From the NCBI GenBank assembly GCA_043732185.1, contig JAYTHY010000076.1, forward strand, positions 1 to 11,311: a stretch of 11,311 nt of DNA, in the 5' to 3' direction. Made by a program: the position numbers and the translations under genes. Within the stretch, counting starts at the first letter, position 1. Every line of letters begins with the position of its first letter. Below, in pieces: positions 1 to 7,343 of the stretch. The DNA comes from Fibrobacteria bacterium (lineage in GTDB: Bacteria > Fibrobacterota > Fibrobacteria > UBA11236). The notes under the pieces were generated by a model. That model searched no databases. It worked only from the letters and a program-made list of their open reading frames with translations, and had not been told where the DNA came from.

Positions 1-99
1 TTTAAACGTTGGCGTAAAGGTTCGACGGTCTGATTTCTTGCTTTTTCTCATTCTCATAATATACCTGTTCGTTGTGTCCGAAAAAGCAGGTACACGTCA

Positions 100-2106
100 T
101 TACCGGGTAAGATTGAGAATCCTTGTGCACCGTTTACCCTCAGCATTTAATTCAAATAAATAGGGGCCGGGTAAAAGTTTGTCCAAGGAGTAAAAACCTT
201 CCTGGCCCGAAATCATCACCTTGCCTGTGACACTTGTCCGGCCCGAAAGTGTGTAGATCTTTGCGGAAACACTCCTGCCCTGCGAAGCATAAGGGAGCGA
301 GAAGAAAAGACCATCGCGAACTATGCGAAGAGAGAAATCAAAGGGTCCGGGAACACTATTGGTGCTGATGGTCACGACGTTTTGAGGAGAAGTGAGTATC
401 GCTCCACCTTCTCCCACCGTCATAAACTGGCCGCTTCTGAACATAATGAAATTGAGATTGTAACCTGTGCCTGAAGAATTCCCTACCCATGTGACACCAT
501 CGAGGGAAGACTGAATTACGCCAGCATCTCCCACGAGAGCACCGCTGCGGCTGTTTCCCGCAGCAACCAACTGGTTACCACTCCAGGCTATGGAGTTCAA
601 GGTGTTGATTTTCGAAGATCGGCTGGTCCAGGTGATGCCGTCGGGCGAAGTCAATATCACGTCTCCCACGGCCACAAGCTGGCTTCCGGTCCAGATGACA
701 GAATAAAGCGAATAAACTGTACCCGATATTTGGCTGGTCCAGTTCACACCGTCCGGCGAAGTGGCAGTGTACCCGTAATTGCCGACCGCCACGAACTGAC
801 TGCCGGTCCAAGCCACGGAATTACCCACTGCCGAAGACCTGCCCGTCCATGTGATTCCATCCGGAGAAGTTAGGCCCCCGGCATTTCCCACGGCCATAAA
901 TTGATTGCCGGTCCAAATTACGGAGAAAAGGGCAGTTGTTGGCGTCGTCGTCCGGTTGGTCCATGTGATGCCATCGGCTGAAGTAAGAACGGTGTTGTTC
1001 GCCCCCACCATTACAATTAGGGAGCCGTTAGACGTGACCGAGTAAAGAGGATTGGTGGTGCCCGAAGTTCGAGTGGTCCAGACAATACCGTCGGGGGAGG
1101 TCATTGTTCTGCCCGAATCGCCCACGGCCACAAACACGCTGCCAGTTCGTGTTACTCCGTGAAGCTGGGTTGTAAATCCAGAACTGCGCAAAGTCCAAGC
1201 GACTCCGTCTGGCGAAGTTGCAATAACGCAATAGCTGGAAACGGAAAAATCCGACCCCGCGCCCACGGCCACAAGCTGGCTACCGGTCCACGCTAGGCCG
1301 CTGAGTCGCATCGTGGTACCCGATGCCCTGGCAGTCCACGTCATCCCGTCCGGAGAAGTCAAAACTGTTCCCTGGGACCCCGTCGCGACCAGTTGACTTC
1401 CGGTCCAACGCACAGAGTAAAAAGTGGAAGAAGCTGCTCCCGAATTTTGGGCGGTCCAAGTGATGCCGTCTGGAGAGGTTAAGATAGTCCCGAGGGACCC
1501 CACCATCACATATTGACTACCGGTAAAGGTCGAGGAATAAAGCGGGTAGGTGGTTCCCGAAGTCCTCGGGCTCCAGGTAATGCCGTCCATTGAAGTTAAA
1601 ATGATACCTGCACTTCCTGCGGCTATAATTTGATTATTGGAAAAACTCACTGAGTAAAGGGCGGAGGTGATACCTGAGTTTTGGCTGGTCCAAACAATCC
1701 CGTCCGGAGAGGTCAGTATGCGGCCGGAATCGCCGACGGTCACGAATCGGGTGCCGGTCCAGATGACGGAATAGAGGATGCTTGTCAGGCCCGAAGCTCT
1801 GCTTGTCCAGGTTATTCCGTCTGGTGAAGTAAGAAGGGTACCGTTTCTCCCTACCGCCGCAAATTGGCTACCGGTCCAGACCACCGAGATAAGCCTGGAG
1901 GCGGTTCCCGAAGTTCTTTTCCTCCAGAGAATACCGTCGGGTGAAGTCAATACAGTGCCGGCATCGCCCACGGCCATGAGTTGACTGCCGTCCCAAATGA
2001 CGGAAGAAAGCCGGTTGCCATGTGGCATAGGATTGCGCCAAGTCCAATCGGTTTGAGCGAAGGGGTTTACGAAGGCAGCGAAAAATACAATAAAAAGAAG
2101 TGGCAT
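100..2106 (-). CDS. Secreted Asp-box/BNR-repeat beta-propeller protein (probably two 7-bladed propellers) with T9SS type-A-like C-terminal sorting domain
   Basis: Fourteen ~39-aa repeats of consensus LYSVxWTGSQFVAVGxxGTILTSPDGITWTxRxSG. N-terminal signal peptide MPLLFIVFFAAFVNPFA-Q. C-terminal tail AKIYTLSGR...LLPGPYLFELNAEGKRCTRILNLTR resembles Por/T9SS CTDs. ATG at 2106 is preceded by GGAAGGAAC and is preferred over the GTG at 2118. Confidence 0.9.
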   Translation of the reverse strand: MPLLFIVFFAAFVNPFAQTDWTWRNPMPHGNRLSSVIWDGSQLMAVGDAGTVLTSPDGILWRKRTSGTASRLISVVWTGSQFAAVGRNGTLLTSPDGITWTSRASGLTSILYSVIWTGTRFVTVGDSGRILTSPDGIVWTSQNSGITSALYSVSFSNNQIIAAGSAGIILTSMDGITWSPRTSGTTYPLYSSTFTGSQYVMVGSLGTILTSPDGITWTAQNSGAASSTFYSVRWTGSQLVATGSQGTVLTSPDGMTWTARASGTTMRLSGLAWTGSQLVAVGAGSDFSVSSYCVIATSPDGVAWTLRSSGFTTQLHGVTRTGSVFVAVGDSGRTMTSPDGIVWTTRTSGTTNPLYSVTSNGSLIVMVGANNTVLTSADGITWTNRTTTPTTALFSVIWTGNQFMAVGNAGGLTSPDGITWTGRSSAVGNSVAWTGSQFVAVGNYGYTATSPDGVNWTSQISGTVYSLYSVIWTGSQLVAVGDVILTSPDGITWTSRSSKINTLNSIAWSGNQLVAAGNSRSGALVGDAGVIQSSLDGVTWVGNSSGTGYNLNFIMFRSGQFMTVGEGGAILTSPQNVVTISTNSVPGPFDFSLRIVRDGLFFSLPYASQGRSVSAKIYTLSGRTSVTGKVMISGQEGFYSLDKLLPGPYLFELNAEGKRCTRILNLTR

Positions 2107-2121
2107 GTTCCTTCCCACTTT

Positions 2122-2649
2122 CTACTTCGAACTACGTTTCGAAACCGGAGTGATACATTTCTGGTAGGTTTTCCAATCCCTTCCTCTCGGGTAGACCCCA
2201 ACAACTTCGTCTAAGTAGAGGGTTGTTTCTGAATCAGGAAAACATATTTGATTGCCGATAAGCGAAATGGCCTTCCAAGGCGCGTACTTAATTCCTTGAG
2301 GCAATTTGGTAAAATGGTTTGTATTGATGTCAAGAACGTTAATAATTCTAAAACCACGGATAGAAGATGGAAAAACAAAATTAGAGTCATTAAGGCCCAA
2401 ACCATCAAGATCAAGATTACCAGAGAGATAGCTTGCATCTTTCTGGTCACGTACCGCAAAAGCATGGCCGGCATTTTTGGCAGAATCAAGCACGGGGTTT
2501 GCGTTTATAATTGCGTCGACGATCCTTAAATCAGATTCAACATTTTTTTGATACGAATCGTCAAAGAAACTAAACCCGCAGCCGCAGAGCAGCATTGAGG
2601 CGAAAACCACAGCGTTTTTAAGGACTTGCGCCTTCACAATCGAATCCAT
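2122..2649 (-). CDS. Leucine-rich-repeat lipoprotein
   Basis: Hydrophobic stretch and lipobox-like MLLCG|C. About three LRR-like units (LDLDGLGLND..FPSSI; LDINTNHFTKLPQGI; ISLIGNQIC) followed by a C...W..YQKC cap. ATG at 2649 has GGAGG upstream. Overlaps the end of the upstream gene by 32 nt. Confidence 0.75.
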   Translation of the reverse strand: MDSIVKAQVLKNAVVFASMLLCGCGFSFFDDSYQKNVESDLRIVDAIINANPVLDSAKNAGHAFAVRDQKDASYLSGNLDLDGLGLNDSNFVFPSSIRGFRIINVLDINTNHFTKLPQGIKYAPWKAISLIGNQICFPDSETTLYLDEVVGVYPRGRDWKTYQKCITPVSKRSSK

Positions 2650-5131
2650 TCGCCCTCCGATAATATTCCCGGCCAAGGACATTCAAATCGAAACAGAAGG
2701 AAGCCCAACCATTGAAGTCAATTTTGGCTTGCGCTTTGAACGCATCAAAGGTCGGGTCCTCAATAAACCTCGTATAAGCCGGCTGGATACCCAATGGGGC
2801 GAATTTCGGGTCCACCAGTAGTGGCTTGTACCATAGCAACAGCACGTTGAAATTCGTATTGGTGCCTAGGTTTTGAGGCGGACTCCCGGCGCCGTCGAGA
2901 ATGTCTATCATGCGGGTCAATGGGATGACGTCTCCGCCGATGGGATCCATCCGTAGTTCCCAATTGATATTTCCTGCCTCGGTGATGGCGACGGGTGCGA
3001 AACGGCCACGATTGGCGTATAAATCGGTGGAAAGCCAAGCTGAAGTGTTTGAAATGCGAGTTATAATATCGTTACGTGTGTACCGCCCTTCGACATCGAA
3101 AGGATAATAGTGGACGGAAATGGCGTCGGGCAGGAGGGGTGTAAATACTCCGTTGCCATTTATGTCCACAGTCCTGTCTAAGTTGCTCAATACCAAGGAA
3201 AAATATTGCCGCGTTGTGTAATTCAGTAGGGTTCCTTGGACCAAATTTTTGGCGTCATCAAGGGAAGAAGTCACGGCATTACTCGTATATAGGGCCAACC
3301 ATGGAGCAAGGACGATAATGGGAGGGAAAAATATGGATCCAAGATATGCCCCGATAAGAAATGTTGCAGCACCAACTCCTACGCCTGCATCTAATATCTT
3401 CTCATCTAAAAGTTCTCCAAAATGGGCTACGGCATCCTGCTTGATGAAGTCTCTGTCGAACAGTGCCCCTATGACGATCTCGGCGTTCGGATCAGCCCTT
3501 TTGATGACCTTGTAATATTCCCTGAACAAGACTGCGTAGTCCTGCGGAGAAATATAGGGGAACATGTTGGGCTCATTCCCAATTTCCCAAACGGTCCGAC
3601 GGGGACGCATGGCCATATTGTCCCGGAGTACGGCAGCTTGGATTTGCTTGGCGTCAGCTGCCGCTAGAGCGGCCGCCTTAGGCTGGAACCAGCGGAACCT
3701 CGGTCTATCGGCGACGCACAAGGAGGGAATACGGCTTTGGCAGATGCGTACTTGCCACCTACGGATGCAAGGAAAGGACACGGAAGTCCAGCAACCTTCG
3801 AATGGAAACAAATACCATCCTATCCTAGCCTTGATAAAACTATCGAGGTCGGACTTAAAGTTTCCTACGCTGTATCCAAAACCATCATGACGGTGATCGA
3901 ATGTGCCCACTTTTCGAACCACAGACACACCGGACACAGGATCGGCAGAAGCTGCTAAAGACGTAACGGTATAAGGCGGATTGGGTGGGGGCGGATCAGT
4001 GTGGTTACCATATATTTCATACCACTTCAGCTGCATTATCTGAACGAATTGGGTGGCACCCTCTCCAATTACGCCATACTCCAATGTGCCGCCTAGTGGA
4101 GGGATTTGAGAAATCAATGAGGACTGTGAAATTGATTTTTTATTCGTAAGAAATGGTCTCGGCAAAGTGCTCCAAGTAGGAGAAATCTGATCGGCGGTTA
4201 TTGTTTTCAGTAAGGAATCAAAATATGCCGCCGAATCCTTGATCACCGGCAGAACCGGAGGCTGTGCCACGACCGCCGTGACAGGAGCCGCAGGCATGTA
4301 CACCCCGCTTCCTCGACCGACGATTACCTTTTTCCCGAACAACCGACCATCTAATTCCACACTATCGCCCAAGATTATGTCGGCTTTTGGGGCCACGAAA
4401 ATTGCGCTAACCCCGGCAAAGGACCCGATGCAAAGTTGGTGATTCTGTTTGCTGTAAATGGTGAGCATCATGTTGCTGTCCCCAGCAATGGGCGTGATTT
4501 CGGCTTCGCGGCCAATGCTGACGTTTTTCTCCACATTTATCTGAATGGGGCCATCCGAAAGGTCTAAAGCTACCGAAGCCAAGCCATCCAACCAAAAGCC
4601 CTGGAAGTTATAAGTTCCGGACCGGAGGGTAAGTATAGACCGAGGTAGAACCCGGAGATACCTGTAAGTGCCAGGTCCTAGGATTTTCGGATGCTTATGG
4701 ACGAACACATCGTGTGTGCCCACGGGGATATCCAAAACCTGTGGTATCGGGCATTCTTCCCAACCAGGCATGTGCTCGATGACATCCGAAGCCACTTTTG
4801 AACCGTGCCCCCGGAATACTTGACCACCCACGGTGACAAGTCCATTCACGAGTGAATTTTTATGGAGCCAAGCATTGGAATCTGCTGTTACGGTGCCCCA
4901 CACCTGCGCCCTTTCTTCGACGACCACATGTTTCGCCGAACCTACGTTGCCACCAACAGCTACAGAGCTTTTCCTAAGTATTGTGGCTTCACGAGAGTAG
5001 ATGATGTATTGGTCGGAGCAATAGGGAAAATTCTGGGGCAATTCACCCTTGGCTTGAAGCCACAATCCAAAAACTATGGCAAGGAAATTCAGGGCAGAGC
5101 GGGAAGAAACCAAGAACATCACCAACCCCAT
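2618..5131 (-). CDS. Secreted multidomain protein: N-terminal beta-solenoid-like region plus C-terminal clan GH-A (GH39/GH5-like) glycoside hydrolase-like domain
   Basis: 837-aa ORF with signal peptide (..ALNFLAIVFGLWLQAKG). N-terminal V/G-rich beta-strand repeats ending in FVAPKADIILG...LDGRLFGKKVIV. Pro-rich linker. Clan GH-A motifs WEIGNEPN (3566-3589), IKRADPNAEIVIGAL, PDAISVHYYP and VAITEAG (ITEAG at 2972-2986). Confidence 0.8.
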   Translation of the reverse strand: MGLVMFLVSSRSALNFLAIVFGLWLQAKGELPQNFPYCSDQYIIYSREATILRKSSVAVGGNVGSAKHVVVEERAQVWGTVTADSNAWLHKNSLVNGLVTVGGQVFRGHGSKVASDVIEHMPGWEECPIPQVLDIPVGTHDVFVHKHPKILGPGTYRYLRVLPRSILTLRSGTYNFQGFWLDGLASVALDLSDGPIQINVEKNVSIGREAEITPIAGDSNMMLTIYSKQNHQLCIGSFAGVSAIFVAPKADIILGDSVELDGRLFGKKVIVGRGSGVYMPAAPVTAVVAQPPVLPVIKDSAAYFDSLLKTITADQISPTWSTLPRPFLTNKKSISQSSLISQIPPLGGTLEYGVIGEGATQFVQIMQLKWYEIYGNHTDPPPPNPPYTVTSLAASADPVSGVSVVRKVGTFDHRHDGFGYSVGNFKSDLDSFIKARIGWYLFPFEGCWTSVSFPCIRRWQVRICQSRIPSLCVADRPRFRWFQPKAAALAAADAKQIQAAVLRDNMAMRPRRTVWEIGNEPNMFPYISPQDYAVLFREYYKVIKRADPNAEIVIGALFDRDFIKQDAVAHFGELLDEKILDAGVGVGAATFLIGAYLGSIFFPPIIVLAPWLALYTSNAVTSSLDDAKNLVQGTLLNYTTRQYFSLVLSNLDRTVDINGNGVFTPLLPDAISVHYYPFDVEGRYTRNDIITRISNTSAWLSTDLYANRGRFAPVAITEAGNINWELRMDPIGGDVIPLTRMIDILDGAGSPPQNLGTNTNFNVLLLWYKPLLVDPKFAPLGIQPAYTRFIEDPTFDAFKAQAKIDFNGWASFCFDLNVLGREYYRRANGFDCEGASP

Positions 5132-5290
5132 TGTTAACTATCACATAATATAGGTGGAATTTCGAGATTCAGCTGCAACAATGGGACACTAAATTTTCGC
5201 AATTTCAAGCCACGATGTCCTATTATCCCTTATTACGCGCATATTTTACGCGTTCTTCCCTGTGCGCCACTTGACTCTAGAACCGGTGTG

Positions 5291-5425
5291 CGGAACAACT
5301 CGGCAAGAATTGCGAAACAGCCGACTTAAGGGATACGAATCGGCTCAAGTTCAGCTTCCACCATTCAACGGCCACCGATACCATCCTGGTCATCACCGAT
5401 AACCGCATTGGGCTTTCGTTGCGGC
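5291..5425 (-). repeat. Possible degenerate shorter attC-like element D
   Basis: Minus strand GCCGCAAC ... GTTGTTCCG. Arms pair only weakly (AATTGCG/CGCATT). Internal AGCCGA/TCGGCT hairpin. Lacks the motif shared by A, B and C. Confidence 0.3.
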
Positions 5426-5625
5426 TAGTGATCCTCAAAACAAGAACCCTTGGCAGCAGGGCGGGGGTTGGGTTCAATTTCTTGGAAAGACGGTAATGGC
5501 ATTTCAAACAAGAACTCATCAACTTGGCATCCTGAGAGAATTAATTTTTCTTTTGCGCGCGTCTTATCCTCACGTAATTCGCGCCGCACACGACGTGCGG
5601 CGATTCGTATTTCCGCACCCCCATT

Positions 5626-5880
5626 GAACACAACGTGTGCCAGGGCGACGTGGATTTTTGGATTAGGGCCGAAACACGAGGACGAGAGCGAAGTGGTGGC
5701 CTGTGGCCGCCCGAAGCGAACGCCCGCAGTGTGCTGTGAAGGCCCGTTGAGAGCGAGTGGCGTTTCGCCGCGAAGCCTCTCAATGGAGCCTGAACAGCCG
5801 GACCAATCCAAAAATCCATGTGGGCGAAGCCCCGGAGCGGGGGTGGAACCCACGCGGAGCGCCCTAGCTGTGTTGTCCGA
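5626..5880 (-). repeat. Long attC-like hairpin element C (255 nt)
   Basis: Minus strand starts TCGGACAAC and ends GTTGTGTTC. Outer arms AGGGCG/CGCCCT and perfect 14-bp arms TGGATTTTTGGATT (5651-5664)/AATCCAAAAATCCA (5805-5818). Shares the internal GAGGAY..GCGRAGTGG..CCCGRAGCG..CCCGCA motif with A and B. Confidence 0.75.
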
Positions 5881-6238
5881 TGTTGCGCCTCTTAATTTCT
5901 TTATGGGGTGGGTCTTCTCTTGGTATTGGTTGGTTGGATTTTTTCTGGGGTAGGGGCCCCAGTCCTAACTTCATAACTTCTTTCATTCTTTCCGGCATGG
6001 CGAAGTGCTTTCATTTTGCCATGCACCGATTGTGCGTGTATTGTCTGGCTTTTTCCTTGTTTTACCTGACTTCCCCATTTTGGATTTATTGGTTTTCTGA
6101 ATTTTTATTTGACTTAAATTCTTAGTTTGGATTGCTTTGGTTTTCTTCTCTTCCCACCCCATAAAAAATTATGAACTGGTAAATTGCCTTCCGGCCCATA
6201 GCCGGGGGGCAAGTATTTAGAGGTGCAATTTCGGACAA
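5634..6238 (-). mobile_element. Putative ORF-less integron-like cassette 2 (605 bp including element C)
   Basis: Begins after G^TTGTCCGA (6239/6238). Its terminal hairpin starts with the exact complement TCGGACAAC (5880-5872). No credible CDS inside. Confidence 0.6.
5946..6024. repeat. Structured ~80-nt motif, copy 1
   Basis: TGGGGTAGGGGCCCCA ... CTTTCATT ... GCATGGCGAAGTG-cttt-CATTTTGCCATGC; 13-bp stem with two G:T pairs on the + strand. Confidence 0.8.
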
Positions 6239-6523
6239 CGTTAGCCACGCCGGAAGTGGCCTGGGAAGGCCGAAGGGAAGAAGCAACGAAATAATTTGCG
6301 CGCTGGGCGAGGATGTGAGCGGAGTGGGGAGTGCCGACCCCGGAGCGAACACCCGCAGCCCGCAATGAAGAAAAGCTGCGGCGCTAACGAAGCCGAACGG
6401 GAAAGACCTCAGAGAAAGTTAGCGCCGCGGCTTATTCTGAATTGCCGCGCAGCCTTCCCAGGCCATTTGCGAAACCGCAATGCGGAGCATGCCCGCGGTT
6501 TCCCGGCTGGCGGTGTTGCATGC
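6231..6523 (-). repeat. Long attC-like hairpin element B (293 nt)
   Basis: Minus strand starts GCATGCAAC and ends GTTGTCCGA. Perfect 14-bp arms 6257-6270/6452-6465, extended by AAG/TTT. Inner 16-bp stem 6373-6388/6418-6433. G:T pairs form on the + strand. Confidence 0.8.
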
Positions 6524-6645
6524 GCCGCAGGCCGGCCAGCGTGTATCGCGCAGGCCGAGTTGTCCCACACACAGGGAGATGATATCGGCTCTTTCTTTCC
6601 GCCCACCCTCTTTTCTTAGCGCACTGGTTTTTCTTTATCACCTTA

Positions 6646-6727
6646 TGGGGAAGGGGCCCCATTCTTCACGTAATTGGAGTAATTACTTTCATTAGGCAAG
6701 GCGAAGTGCCTCAGCATTTTGCCATGC
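6646..6727. repeat. Structured ~80-nt motif, copy 2
   Basis: TGGGGAAGGGGCCCCA ... CTTTCATT ... GCAAGGCGAAGTG-cctcag-CATTTTGCCATGC; same three blocks, order and orientation as copy 1. Confidence 0.8.
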
Positions 6728-6743
6728 GACGTTTGCACTTGCC

Positions 6744-7343
6744 TTATTTTTCCCATGGTCTCTTGCCTTGGCAGTGAAAGTAGTAGAATCCTTGAGACGT
6801 TTCTTTGGCCTCAGGACATAAGTCGAAGGAGATTTTCCTTCGTTTTTTTGGATTTTCCGGAAAGAATATAAGTTCCTTTTCCCATGCATCGTATTTGGCC
6901 AAGTAACTAGTCTTCCATGCCTTTAATTCGCTCTTTTGTAATTCCCGCCTGGGACGCGCGTATTCTTCTTTAGAAAATAGAGCAATTACCAGCGTAGCCC
7001 TCGGAAATTTGTTCATCATACATTCCCATGAAATATTGCGTAACATGGTCTTAAGGCTATCCTCGTTTTCTATTATCAAGGAGTCGTACGCCGAGACAAA
7101 AAGCGTGGCCTTCAACTGTTTTTTATCCTCGTCAAGGCTGATTCCGCTGTAAGGTGGTGGTGGAGATGAATATTTCCTGCGAGCACCCAATCTTTCTGCG
7201 GAGTGAATTTGGCTAATACAGAACGCCAAGCTCACTAGAAGGCAGCTACCCCAGGCGAGTTTCGACGCTGGCCGGAAGGCGTGCGCGAATAGCACGCGGA
7301 ACGCGACGCTTATTTTCTTCCTTTTTTGGAGCCCTTCGAACAC
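6744..7343 (-). CDS. Hypothetical protein, probably exported; start codon uncertain
   Basis: 199-aa ORF with hydrophobic segment LAWGSCLLVSLAFCISQIHSA. As called, it overlaps the end of the 888-aa gene by 34 nt on the same strand. No family recognised. Confidence 0.6.
   Translation of the reverse strand: MFEGLQKRKKISVAFRVLFAHAFRPASKLAWGSCLLVSLAFCISQIHSAERLGARRKYSSPPPPYSGISLDEDKKQLKATLFVSAYDSLIIENEDSLKTMLRNISWECMMNKFPRATLVIALFSKEEYARPRRELQKSELKAWKTSYLAKYDAWEKELIFFPENPKKRRKISFDLCPEAKETSQGFYYFHCQGKRPWEK

Noticed and set aside
100..2050. Recurrent DNA motifs (CCGGTCCA, CCGTCxGGxGAAGT) as a CRISPR or DNA repeat array
   Set aside because: They are degenerate at codon third positions and explained by the WTG and TSPDG protein repeats.
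6005..6022. Sigma-54 promoter (GG-N10-GC on the minus strand)
   Set aside because: The TTGC element is absent and the spacing is not kept in the second copy of the motif.
5626..6523. IS element, MITE or tRNA interpretation of the hairpins
   Set aside because: No transposase, target-site duplication or cloverleaf was seen, and the terminal boxes match neighbouring elements rather than the element's own other end. A role as structured RNA is not excluded.
5277..6695. Many overlapping 65-167-aa ORFs on both strands
   Set aside because: They run through GC-rich palindromic elements or T-rich tracts, show no recognisable motifs and have biased composition; likely spurious.
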